From: a virus | Length of the DNA: 64,000 bases | Reading direction: 5' to 3' (one strand) | IMG/VR virus record: IMGVR_UViG_3300028920_000038 | Location: 64,001-128,000 of that record | Shown here: positions 9,118 to 18,673 of the stretch, piece by piece | How the letters are laid out: every line of letters starts with the position of its first letter | How positions within the stretch are numbered: position 1 is the first letter of the stretch | Translations under genes and position numbers: made by a program | The notes under the pieces: generated by a model | Database searches by the model: none | What the model saw: only the letters and a program-made list of their open reading frames with translations | Told to the model about the DNA's origin: nothing

Positions 9118-9947
9118 TGGATGATTACAAAATATTTTATTCTTGCAATGCAAGTGAAGGAAAAATGTTAAAGTATTTATTTTATTCTATATTATCTGCT
9201 AGAAAATATATTAATAAAGAAGATGTATTAGTATATCTACACCCACCATATAATAATGAGAATACTGAATTAATAGATAAGATAAAGAAAATATCTAAAG
9301 TTACCAATTTGGATGATTACATTGGAATTCCATATTCTGTCCATCCAAAGTCAGATCCTAATAATAAAAGATATTTTGGAGAAAAATTAAATGTTATAAA
9401 TGTTGATTCTGATATAGTAATAGCATTAGATTGTGATACTTTTATATACAAAGATCCTATTATATTATTAGAAGGAGATTATGACTTTGGTGCAAATGCT
9501 ACAGATTTAACAAAAACTTCTTGGCAATCCAAGAATAATCTTATAGAAATTATGAGAAGAGTATATAAATTTAAACTAAGTGATGAAATACATTTATGGA
9601 ATGGAGGAACTTATATATTTAAAAATAGATCTCATAAGAAGATAGGAAAATATTGGTTAGATATTTTTAATAATGATAGAAATACTCTAGATTATTGTAT
9701 GAAACCAAATAGAAAAGTGTATGATCAAACTGCATTATCAGTAGCCACTGCTAAATACAGATTAAAATTAAAAACATTTTCTGATAAAGTCATATCAGAA
9801 GTAAGAGGAAAAGAAGGAAAATGGTCAAAAGACGATATCCCAGAAGAAAGTGTTATAGTACATGGGAATGGATTAGCAGATGGAATTGGAATGAAAGAAG
9901 AGTTAGATTTATTTTATTGTAAATTGATAGGTGATAGTCATGACTAA
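9117..9947 (+). CDS. Putative glycosyltransferase (GT8-like)
   Basis: VIALDCDTF (DxD), WNGGTYIF, DQTALS, IVHG. Confidence 0.65.
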   Translation: MDDYKIFYSCNASEGKMLKYLFYSILSARKYINKEDVLVYLHPPYNNENTELIDKIKKISKVTNLDDYIGIPYSVHPKSDPNNKRYFGEKLNVINVDSDIVIALDCDTFIYKDPIILLEGDYDFGANATDLTKTSWQSKNNLIEIMRRVYKFKLSDEIHLWNGGTYIFKNRSHKKIGKYWLDIFNNDRNTLDYCMKPNRKVYDQTALSVATAKYRLKLKTFSDKVISEVRGKEGKWSKDDIPEESVIVHGNGLADGIGMKEELDLFYCKLIGDSHD

Positions 9948-10947
9948 GATATCAGTATTATTAGCAACAAATAGAGTAAATAGGAATGTATTCCCATATA
10001 TACAAAAGTGTGTAGATGGATTAGATTATTTACAAGAAGATACATTTACAGATGAATTCTATGAATTGTGTAATAATACATTATTGAATATACAATACCA
10101 TTTCTTAGAGACTTCTCTTATATCTCTTTCAAATCAAAAATTCAAAGATTTTGAAGTTATTATATCTCATAGATATCCAAAAGATGCAGAGATGATAGTT
10201 AAGGAATATGTAGATAATTATAATGTCCCAATTAGATTAGTGAAAGAGAAGCATTCGGTATGGCATGATTTAGGAGAACAATACCATACAGTAGCTAATA
10301 ATAAGAATACCGCATTCATAAATTCATCTGGTGAATTGATATATCATATAGATGATCTTACATTTTTTAATGAAAATCTTTTACAAGAAGCTTGGGATGA
10401 ATATCAAAATGGTAATTATATGACTGGAAGAACGGTAAGGTGTATAACATATGATAAAAATTTAGAAAACTCGATAGATAAAGTGGGACCTAATAAGATA
10501 CAAATAACTAAGAATGGTTGGACTGGACAAAAGAAACCTTTAACTAACGATAAATACATTCCTATGAATATGTTTTGGACTTGCAGTGCATCTGTATCGG
10601 CAGAGGAATTATTAGAGATAAATGGATATGATGAGTTATATGATGGATCATTAGCTGGAATAGATATGGATGCTGGAAATAGGTTATCACGTATTAGTAA
10701 TTATAATAGAATAGCTAGCGAAAATTACCTATATGAAATAGATGATCCTACACCGAAGAATATGGTTAGAGATGATGTTCTTATGAGAAAGATATTTAGA
10801 GTAAGTCATATAAGAGCTAATTCTTGGAAACCTAAAAAATTTCAGATTAGGAGATATGAGAATTGGCATAAACATACATTAGGAGAATTAGATCCTAATT
10901 GGGATAAATTTATGGACATTCCATTTTATAATATAGAGAGAATATGA
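9931..10947 (+). CDS. Putative glycosyltransferase (GT2-like)
   Basis: KISVLLAT, QKFKDFEVII, NTAFINSSGELIYHIDD, INGYDE.Y.G...G.D. Likely start is ATG 9940 after a GGTGA RBS. Confidence 0.7.
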   Translation: MIVMTKISVLLATNRVNRNVFPYIQKCVDGLDYLQEDTFTDEFYELCNNTLLNIQYHFLETSLISLSNQKFKDFEVIISHRYPKDAEMIVKEYVDNYNVPIRLVKEKHSVWHDLGEQYHTVANNKNTAFINSSGELIYHIDDLTFFNENLLQEAWDEYQNGNYMTGRTVRCITYDKNLENSIDKVGPNKIQITKNGWTGQKKPLTNDKYIPMNMFWTCSASVSAEELLEINGYDELYDGSLAGIDMDAGNRLSRISNYNRIASENYLYEIDDPTPKNMVRDDVLMRKIFRVSHIRANSWKPKKFQIRRYENWHKHTLGELDPNWDKFMDIPFYNIERI

Positions 10948-11624
10948 AAATAGAAAATATTAAATATCATCTAGTTGCTAATCATAAAATAGCATACAAA
11001 TTAAATTCTGAAGAAATACTAAATGAAAATTCTGTAATTTTTGACTGTGGTGCATATGTTGGGAAATTTACAGAAGAAATATTTAGATTAATTAATCCTA
11101 ATATAAATATGTTTTTATACGAACCTAATATAATTTTATATAAAAAACTAGTAGATAAATTTGAAAATAAGGAGAATGTAAATATTTTTAATAAAGCAAT
11201 TTCAAATAAAGTTGGTTTTAATAATTTGTATTTAGGTAAAAATTTGAATGAGAGTAGTTTAAAAAAATCAAAGAAAGGATTGACTAATGATTATTTAAAT
11301 GTAGAAACAACAACTATACCGAATGAAATAATAAAATTAAATTTAAAGTATATAGATGTTATAAAATTAAATGTAGAAGGAGAAGAATTAGATATTATAA
11401 ATAATTTAGATAAAGGTGTTCTAGAGAAAATAGGACAATTTGCTGTTGCATTTCATTTAAATAATGGAATAAAAGATTATACACAAGAAATTCATGATAA
11501 TACTATAAAATATATGATAAATAATGGATTTACTTCTAGTAATTACTATAAAAATAAACATAAATTATTTTTTAATGAAAAGTGGTATAATACTGACAAA
11601 TATAAGGAGTTAAGATATGGATAG
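10944..11624 (+). CDS. FkbM-family SAM methyltransferase
   Basis: IFDCGAYVGKF, FLYEPN, IDVIKLNVEGEEL. Confidence 0.85.
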   Translation: MKIENIKYHLVANHKIAYKLNSEEILNENSVIFDCGAYVGKFTEEIFRLINPNINMFLYEPNIILYKKLVDKFENKENVNIFNKAISNKVGFNNLYLGKNLNESSLKKSKKGLTNDYLNVETTTIPNEIIKLNLKYIDVIKLNVEGEELDIINNLDKGVLEKIGQFAVAFHLNNGIKDYTQEIHDNTIKYMINNGFTSSNYYKNKHKLFFNEKWYNTDKYKELRYG

Positions 11625-12624
11625 AGAAATATTAATAACTGGAGGATGTGGTTTTATAGGACATCATCTAGCAGAGCATTTATTGAAAAACACTAATTGG
11701 AATATAAAAATACTGGATAGTTTGACATATGCAGGCATACAAAAAAGAATAACAGATATGGGAGCTTATAAAGATAATAAAGATAGAATAAAATTTATAT
11801 TTCATGATTTAAGAGCAGAATTAAATAAAACAACTATAAAAGATTTAGGACAATTAGATTATATTGTTCATATGGCTGCAGAGACACATGTAGATAATAG
11901 TTTAATAGATGCTAGACCATTTATAGAAACAAATGTTATTGGTACTATGAATTTATTAAATTATATAAAAGATAATGATATCGGATTAAAACGGTTTATT
12001 AACTTCAGTACTGATGAAGTTTATGGATCTGCTCCGGATGATTATGATTATAAAGAAGATGATAGATGGAGACCTTCTAATCCGTATTCTGCTAGTAAAT
12101 GTGGACAATCTGCATTAGGAATTGCTTATGCAACATCATTTGGTTTACCTATTATACATACTTATACAATGAATGTTTTTGGGGAGAGACAACATCCAGA
12201 GAAATTAATACCTAAAACTATAAGAACATTTAAAGAAGGGAAACCAATGACAATTCATTGTAAAAAAGAAGGAGATAAAGTTACAGAAATAGGAAAAAGA
12301 TATTGGCTCCATGCAAGAAATGCATCCGATGCAGTTCTATTTCTGTTAGATAAGGGTAAAAATAATGATCACTATAATATAGTAGGAGATATAGAATTAA
12401 CCAATTTGGAGATGACAGATAAAATAGCTAAATATATGGGATTAGATAATCCAAAGTATGATTTTGTAGATTTTCATAAAACTAGACCAGGCCATGATAG
12501 AAGATATTCTCTAGATGGAAATAAACTACGGAAAATGGGATGGAAAGCAAAAGTAGATTTTGAAGAATCTTTAGACAGAACCGTAAAATGGTCTATTAAT
12601 AATATGGATTGGCTATATTTATGA
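11617..12624 (+). CDS. rmlB: dTDP-glucose 4,6-dehydratase-like SDR
   Basis: TGGCGFIG, HMAAETHVDNS, STDEVYG, PSNPYSASK, RPGHDRRYSLD. Confidence 0.85.
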   Translation: MDREILITGGCGFIGHHLAEHLLKNTNWNIKILDSLTYAGIQKRITDMGAYKDNKDRIKFIFHDLRAELNKTTIKDLGQLDYIVHMAAETHVDNSLIDARPFIETNVIGTMNLLNYIKDNDIGLKRFINFSTDEVYGSAPDDYDYKEDDRWRPSNPYSASKCGQSALGIAYATSFGLPIIHTYTMNVFGERQHPEKLIPKTIRTFKEGKPMTIHCKKEGDKVTEIGKRYWLHARNASDAVLFLLDKGKNNDHYNIVGDIELTNLEMTDKIAKYMGLDNPKYDFVDFHKTRPGHDRRYSLDGNKLRKMGWKAKVDFEESLDRTVKWSINNMDWLYL

Positions 12625-13838
12625 AACATAAAATAAGGAATGAATGTCTAATATGTAAAAATAAGAATCTTCACAAATTTTTAGAATTAGGGAACATGCC
12701 TCTCCCTAATAAATTTATAGATAAAGAGGAATTTAATAATGAGGAGTTCTATCCATTAAATGTATACGTTTGTGATAAGTGTTTTCTTGTACAATTAAAG
12801 GATATTATAGATCCAAAACTTCTATTTGATGATTATTTGTATATGACAGGAACTTCAAAGCCATTGGTGGATCATTTAAAAACTTTAGCAAAAGATTCTC
12901 TGAAATATCATAAAGATGGTTTAGTTATAGATATAGGATGTAATGATGGAACTCTATTAAAACATTATAAAAAATTAAATTTTAATACTATTGGAATAGA
13001 CCCTGCAAAGAAAATAACAGATATTGGAAAAAAAGAAGGATTAAATATTATAAATGATTATTTTAGTAGTAAGTGTGTAAAAAAAATATTAGAAATGTAT
13101 GGGAAAGCTAATATAATAACAGCAACAAACGTATTTGCACATACAGAAGATATAAAAACTATAATAGAGGGAGTTCGTGATTTATTGACAGAGGATGGAG
13201 TATTTATTATAGAAGTTCATCATTTGATGAATCTTATATTAAATAATGAATTTGATACTATATATCACGAGCATATATCATATTTTAGTTTATCATCTCT
13301 AATTCATCTTTTTAATTTATATGATATGACAATAATAGATGTTAGAGAAATATCTAATCATGGAGGATCATTAAGAGTTTTTATTAAAAAAACTGGAACT
13401 CCTTCAGATAATGTTTTTAAAATAATTGATAAAGAAAAAGAATTAGGTTTGTATTCTTTAGATACATATAATAATTTCTCAGAAAAAGTTAATGATATAA
13501 AAGATGAATTGATTGATACATTAAAAAATTTAAAAGAAAATGGAAATAGAATTACTGGATATGGAGCTACAGCTAAAGGAAATATACTATTAAACTATTG
13601 TAATATTGGTCCTGATATTCTAGATTATATTAGTGATAGAACTCCATTTAAATGTGGGAAATATAGTCCAGGGATGCATATCCCTATAATATCTGAAGAT
13701 AAATTTCATGATGACAATCCAGATTATGTTTTATTATTGGCTTGGAATTATAAGGATAATATATTAATTAAGGAAGATAAATTCAGAAAAAATGGTGGAA
13801 AATTTATAATTCCTATACCTAAACCAGAAATATTATGA
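12609..13838 (+). CDS. NDP-hexose C-methyltransferase (Zn-binding N-terminus plus class I MT plus C-methyltransferase C-terminal domain)
   Basis: CLIC...LGNMPLPN...CDKCFLVQL, DIGCNDG, FDTIYHEH.SYF, HGGSLR, GYGATAKGNILLNY, LAWNY. Likely start is ATG 12621. Confidence 0.9.
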   Translation: MAIFMKHKIRNECLICKNKNLHKFLELGNMPLPNKFIDKEEFNNEEFYPLNVYVCDKCFLVQLKDIIDPKLLFDDYLYMTGTSKPLVDHLKTLAKDSLKYHKDGLVIDIGCNDGTLLKHYKKLNFNTIGIDPAKKITDIGKKEGLNIINDYFSSKCVKKILEMYGKANIITATNVFAHTEDIKTIIEGVRDLLTEDGVFIIEVHHLMNLILNNEFDTIYHEHISYFSLSSLIHLFNLYDMTIIDVREISNHGGSLRVFIKKTGTPSDNVFKIIDKEKELGLYSLDTYNNFSEKVNDIKDELIDTLKNLKENGNRITGYGATAKGNILLNYCNIGPDILDYISDRTPFKCGKYSPGMHIPIISEDKFHDDNPDYVLLLAWNYKDNILIKEDKFRKNGGKFIIPIPKPEIL

Positions 13839-14482
13839 TAGTTTATACTTCAATTTTTAATAATAATGATAGATTACCAGAACCATTAATTAAGAATAAA
13901 AATATAGAATATATTTGTTTTACAGATGGGCTCAAAAGAAGCAAAAAATCTATATGGAAAATAAAAACTGTGGATGGAATATACGATGGAACTAGGAATA
14001 ATAGATATTATAAAATAAATTCTCATTTATTTTTTCCATCAGAAGAGATTGTATTATATTTAGATCCAACATTTCTAATAATAAAGGATTTTTATAATAA
14101 AATTGAGGAATGGCTTGGAGATAAAGACATAGCTATTAGACCTCATCCTAAGAGAAAATCTATATATGAAGAAGCTGAATATTTAATAAATAATAAACCA
14201 CATAAGATAGATAGTAAAGAATTAATTATAAAACAAATGAATATGCTTAAAAATGAAGATTATCCTGAATCTGAACCTTTATGTGAAGGAGGATTTATTA
14301 TTAGAAGAAACACTGAACAAGTTAAGAAATTTAATGAGATGTGGTGGAATATAGTAAAGAATTATAGTAAGAGAGATCAATTGAGTTTTAATTATGTATC
14401 ATGGAAATTAGGAATAGGTTATAATTTAATAGAGAGAAAGGAAGTTGAAGAATATACCAGGAGAATAGCATGGCATCCTTAA
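13835..14482 (+). CDS. DUF616/TOD1-MUCI70-like glycosyltransferase
   Basis: IVYTSIF...D.L.EP, YICFTD, NRYYKI..H..FP, HP.R.SIYEEA, RDQLSFNYV.WK. Confidence 0.8.
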   Translation: MIVYTSIFNNNDRLPEPLIKNKNIEYICFTDGLKRSKKSIWKIKTVDGIYDGTRNNRYYKINSHLFFPSEEIVLYLDPTFLIIKDFYNKIEEWLGDKDIAIRPHPKRKSIYEEAEYLINNKPHKIDSKELIIKQMNMLKNEDYPESEPLCEGGFIIRRNTEQVKKFNEMWWNIVKNYSKRDQLSFNYVSWKLGIGYNLIERKEVEEYTRRIAWHP

Positions 14483-15210
14483 GAAAGTTAGTAGTATTAA
14501 CTACAGTTGGATTAACAGATTATGTTATAGGAGCATTAGAATCTCTTAAAGAAGAAGAAGCTGATATACTCCTTATAGATGATGGAAGTTCAGTAGATTA
14601 TTCTTATATAATTAATAATTATGAAATAGATTTAATACAAAAGAAAAAAGGTAAAGGAGTTACAGATTCATGGAATATAGCATATAAATTATTTAAAGAT
14701 AATTATGATTATTGTTTATTTTCTAATGATGATGTAATATTCCCAGGAAGAGTACCTCCTGATATGTGGAATGGTTTGGAGAAATATATATTTTTAGGTC
14801 CTTTATCTGATCCTATAGGAAGTGGTAGATTCATGGGTAATTTTCAGAATATTACTACGTATCTTAGAGGAGTAAAAGATTTTAAAGATGTCAAATTAAT
14901 TCAGAATAGATTACAAAAGATACATCCTAATAAAAAGTATCTAGAAATAGGTAAAGATATAGTATTTCAAAGAAAAGAACCTCCATATATTAATGGCTTT
15001 TGTTTTTCTTTTAATAAGGATATAATTGAATATGAATTTCAAAAGGATATTTTATTTAATCCAAAGTATACAAATTCTGGAAATGATAAAGAATTGCAGA
15101 GAGATCGATTAAATAAAGGAAAGGCAATATCTATTAAATCTTATATATTTCACTATAAAGGAGGAACAATAGACCCTTATAGTAATACAAGACAGGAGAT
15201 TATTAATTAA
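14470..15210 (+). CDS. Glycosyltransferase family 2-like
   Basis: LLIDDGS, G.T.SWN, LFSNDDV, INGFCF, FHYKG.T. Confidence 0.75.
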   Translation: MASLRKLVVLTTVGLTDYVIGALESLKEEEADILLIDDGSSVDYSYIINNYEIDLIQKKKGKGVTDSWNIAYKLFKDNYDYCLFSNDDVIFPGRVPPDMWNGLEKYIFLGPLSDPIGSGRFMGNFQNITTYLRGVKDFKDVKLIQNRLQKIHPNKKYLEIGKDIVFQRKEPPYINGFCFSFNKDIIEYEFQKDILFNPKYTNSGNDKELQRDRLNKGKAISIKSYIFHYKGGTIDPYSNTRQEIIN

Positions 15211-16025
15211 TGATAATAATTACGATAGATGGTTTAAATTGGGATACAGCTAATAAATACTGTAAAGATATATTTGAAAATCAAAATATGAAAAAAATAA
15301 AAAATAATGTTAGATTATTTACAAATACACCAGATTCGGGCCAACCTACTCTTGTCGGTCTTACGTGTCTTTGGAGTGGAGAAAAAATTAGAAACTTTGA
15401 TAAAAATTTATTTGCTAGGGTAAATCCAAAATACAATGAGAATTATAAACTCTCATTTAAAGATAAGAGTGGAAATGATTTTGATTTAATATTTAACTAT
15501 TTTAATAAACCAAAAATTCAACTATCTCATCATGGAGGAAATCCTTATTCAAATAATGAAAAATATTTTAAATACTGGACAACACTAGAACCAAAAGTAA
15601 GAATATGCCCATCTGAAGAATGGTGTATAATACCTGAATTATTAAAGAAAGATTATGATTTTTTTCATATTCATACAGAAATTGGTAAGATAGGAGTATT
15701 ACAACATGGTCCTTACGAACAAGGGAGAATGCCTGCTTGTATTCCTTATGATCAAATAAGACAAGATAAAGAATTAAAAAAAGAAGTATATTTATTTGGT
15801 CTTAAAAGATGGATATTTATTATTAAAGAATATTTATCAAAGATGATTGATGATACAATAATAATAACAGCAGATCATGGAACATCATTAGAAAAAATAT
15901 TCAAACCAGAATACATTGATGACATTCCATTAATAATTAATAGAGATGTAGATTTATCAAATGTGACATATCAATGGGAATTAAAAAATTTTATAGTCGA
16001 TTTAAATGAAAGATATAAAGAATAA
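15210..16025 (+). CDS. Alkaline phosphatase/sulfatase-superfamily protein
   Basis: ITIDG first metal motif, PT..G.T.L.SG (possible Thr nucleophile), IITADHG, then DIPLII. Confidence 0.6.
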   Translation: MIIITIDGLNWDTANKYCKDIFENQNMKKIKNNVRLFTNTPDSGQPTLVGLTCLWSGEKIRNFDKNLFARVNPKYNENYKLSFKDKSGNDFDLIFNYFNKPKIQLSHHGGNPYSNNEKYFKYWTTLEPKVRICPSEEWCIIPELLKKDYDFFHIHTEIGKIGVLQHGPYEQGRMPACIPYDQIRQDKELKKEVYLFGLKRWIFIIKEYLSKMIDDTIIITADHGTSLEKIFKPEYIDDIPLIINRDVDLSNVTYQWELKNFIVDLNERYKE

Positions 16026-16350
16026 ATTTGGAGTTCCTTGCAGTCAATTGAAAGAGTATTTAGATGGAACTGAAATACCTTGTACTTCTGAAGTTGAAGC
16101 GATGGCAATGGCTGCAGGAGCTTGGTTTGCAGGTAAAAAACCAGAAGTTTATATGCAAAATAGTGGACTAGGACATATAGTGGATATTGTGTCTAGTTTA
16201 TATAAACCTTATAAAATTCCATTACCAAGAATGTATTTGAGTATTAGATTCAAACCAAAACATCATTATGATATGTTTTTATATACTCCTTCTATTCTAT
16301 TATTAATGGAATATGATGATGTTTTTGAGATCATGCAAGATGACAACTAG
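16006..16350 (+). CDS. Phosphonopyruvate decarboxylase alpha subunit (TPP enzyme N-terminal/PYR domain; ComD-like)
   Basis: GVPCSQLK, SEVEAMAMAAGAWFAGKKPEVYMQNSGLG motifs; two genes upstream of PEP mutase. Confidence 0.85.
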   Translation: MKDIKNKFGVPCSQLKEYLDGTEIPCTSEVEAMAMAAGAWFAGKKPEVYMQNSGLGHIVDIVSSLYKPYKIPLPRMYLSIRFKPKHHYDMFLYTPSILLLMEYDDVFEIMQDDN

Positions 16351-16816
16351 AAAAAAATCTATAGAAAAAATTTTGGAATTAAATCAAAATTCATTAATTA
16401 TATCATCTGCAGGTTATACATCTAGATCCTTATATGAAGTTAAAGATGCTCCAAATCATTTTTATATGATGGGATCAATGGGATGTGCATTACCATTTGC
16501 TATTGGATTAGCTTTAAATACTGATAAGGAAGTGGTAGCTATAATCGGAGATGGAGAATTATTAATGAATTTTAGTTCTCTTATACAAACTGAGAATTTA
16601 AAATTAGATAATTTAACTATTTATATATTAGATAATAATATGTATCAATCAACTGGAGGACAAAAGACTATTAGTGAATATATTCCAAAGTGTGGATTTA
16701 ATGTATGGACTATTAGTATAGAAGATGATCATATACCTCCAAGGATTCCTATAAGTCATAAAGAAATATCGGAGAGATTCTATGAGCACATTAATGGTGT
16801 GCAGCAAATCAACTAA
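16340..16816 (+). CDS. Phosphonopyruvate decarboxylase beta subunit (TPP-binding PP domain; ComE-like)
   Basis: G.TSR.LY, FYMMGSMG, AIIGDGELLMN...ILDNNMYQSTGGQKT (GDG-x-NN TPP motif). Start placed at ATG 16340. Confidence 0.85.
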   Translation: MTTRKKSIEKILELNQNSLIISSAGYTSRSLYEVKDAPNHFYMMGSMGCALPFAIGLALNTDKEVVAIIGDGELLMNFSSLIQTENLKLDNLTIYILDNNMYQSTGGQKTISEYIPKCGFNVWTISIEDDHIPPRIPISHKEISERFYEHINGVQQIN

Positions 16817-17405
16817 AAAATATACTAAACTGTATAATTATGATGAATTATTAATAGTGAAAGAACCTCCAAATAAAGAAACTTTAAAAAAGAAAGATCT
16901 TTATCATAATGTTGTAGCAATAGGAGGAGGAAGTGTCATAGATACAGCTAAGATTTTAAGTATGAATTCAGTGATAGCTATTCCTACTACATATTCTGGA
17001 GCATCTGAGACTTCTCATGCAGTCTATTGGGATAATGGAATGAAATATGATATAGAATGTATTAAACCTATATCTGTTTTGAGAAAAGAATTTATAAATT
17101 TACCTAAACATATTGAAGTAGCTACTAAAATAGATTGCATTTCTCATATTATAGAAAGTTTAATTTCAAAGAATTCTACCATAGATTCTGATAAATACGC
17201 TCTTATAGCTATTAATTTTATAAAAGAAGATAAATGGTTAGAAGCAAGTATATATGCTGGTAAGGCTATTGATATAACTGGTACCAATATTATACATGCT
17301 ATGTCCTATTCATTAACTGGGGTATATGAATTACCTCATGGAGTATCTTTGTTAAAAATATTTGAATTAGCTAAACATTATAAGAAATTAGAGGAATTAT
17401 TATGA
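16782..17405 (+). CDS. Compact iron-containing alcohol dehydrogenase (probable phosphonoacetaldehyde reductase)
   Basis: [22 protein letters not shown], metal ligands in D..SH and H..SY.L...Y.LPHG; only 207 aa. Confidence 0.8.
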   Translation: MSTLMVCSKSTKKYTKLYNYDELLIVKEPPNKETLKKKDLYHNVVAIGGGSVIDTAKILSMNSVIAIPTTYSGASETSHAVYWDNGMKYDIECIKPISVLRKEFINLPKHIEVATKIDCISHIIESLISKNSTIDSDKYALIAINFIKEDKWLEASIYAGKAIDITGTNIIHAMSYSLTGVYELPHGVSLLKIFELAKHYKKLEELL

Positions 17406-18673
17406 AAACCGTTTATGTAGGAATGTCAGCCGATTTTATTCATGATGGTCATATAAATATAATAAATATTGCTAGAAATTATGGTAATATAATAATAGGA
17501 CTATTAACTGATGAAGCTATAGCATCATATAAAAGAGTACCTTTATTGTCTTACGAAAAAAGGAAAAAGATATTAGAGAATATAAAATATGTATATAAAG
17601 TAGTGCCACAGAAAACATTAGATTATACCGATAATCTTAAGAAATATAAACCAAATTACGTTGTACATGGAGATGATTGGAAAAAAGGAATACAAAAAGA
17701 AATAAGAAATAAAGTTATAGAAACTTTAAAAGAATGGAATGGAGAATTAATTGAACCTGAATATACAAAAGGTATATCATCTACATTACTTATAAACGAT
17801 AAATTAAATCAAGGAGTTACACCTAATTATAGAAGAGGTAAATTGAAAAAGCTTCTAGAATTAAAGTCATACATAAGAATATTAGAAGCTCATAGTGGTA
17901 TATCTGGTATAGTTGTAGAAAGATCTAATTATAATGGAAAAGAATTTGACGGGATATGGATATCAAGTTTGACAGATTCTACTTCTAAAGGAAAACCAGA
18001 CATAGAAATAGTAGATTTTACATCAAGAATACAAACCATTAATGAGATATTAGAAGTAACCACTAAACCTATTATAGTAGATATTGATACAGGAGGTCAA
18101 ATAGATCATTTTGTATATATGATAAAAACCTTAGAAAGACTAGGAGTATCTGCAATTATAGTAGAAGATAAAACATTTCCTAAAAGGAATTCACTGTCAG
18201 AAGGAGAAATTCACATACAAGAAGATAAAGAGACATTTTGTAGAAAGATAAGAGCTGGAATACAATCTAGAATAACAGATGATTTTATGATAATAGCTAG
18301 AATAGAATCATTTATAACCGGAGAAGAAGTTGATCTTGCATTAAATAGAGCTAAAGACTACATAGAAGCTGGTGCAGATGGTATTATGATACATAGTAAA
18401 AAGAGTAATCCCAAAGATTTAATATTATTTTGTGATGAATATAAGAAATTTAAAAATAGAGTTCCATTAATTTTAGTTCCTACTACATATAATTGGATGA
18501 AAGAAGAAGAGTTAAATTCTTTAGGTGCTAATATTATTATATATGCTAATCATCTATTAAGATCATCATATAAATCTATGAAAGAAGTAGCTAAAGAAAT
18601 ATTAAAAAATGAAAGAAGTTTAGAAGTAAATGATATGTGTACAAGTGTTAAGGAGATATTAGAATTAATATGA
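17402..18673 (+). CDS. pepM: Cytidylyltransferase-phosphoenolpyruvate mutase fusion
   Basis: N-terminal HDGH (HxGH) NTP-transferase with VVHGDDW; C-terminal EAHSG, DIDTGG and the PepM-diagnostic EDK-x5-NS ([10 protein letters not shown]), [15 protein letters not shown]. Confidence 0.95.
   Translation: MKTVYVGMSADFIHDGHINIINIARNYGNIIIGLLTDEAIASYKRVPLLSYEKRKKILENIKYVYKVVPQKTLDYTDNLKKYKPNYVVHGDDWKKGIQKEIRNKVIETLKEWNGELIEPEYTKGISSTLLINDKLNQGVTPNYRRGKLKKLLELKSYIRILEAHSGISGIVVERSNYNGKEFDGIWISSLTDSTSKGKPDIEIVDFTSRIQTINEILEVTTKPIIVDIDTGGQIDHFVYMIKTLERLGVSAIIVEDKTFPKRNSLSEGEIHIQEDKETFCRKIRAGIQSRITDDFMIIARIESFITGEEVDLALNRAKDYIEAGADGIMIHSKKSNPKDLILFCDEYKKFKNRVPLILVPTTYNWMKEEELNSLGANIIIYANHLLRSSYKSMKEVAKEILKNERSLEVNDMCTSVKEILELI

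Noticed and set aside
16006-16816. Coenzyme M sulfopyruvate decarboxylase (ComDE) as the function
   Set aside because: The split architecture fits, but adjacency to a bona fide PepM and Fe-ADH and the lack of other com genes favour phosphonopyruvate decarboxylase. Not excluded without an assay.
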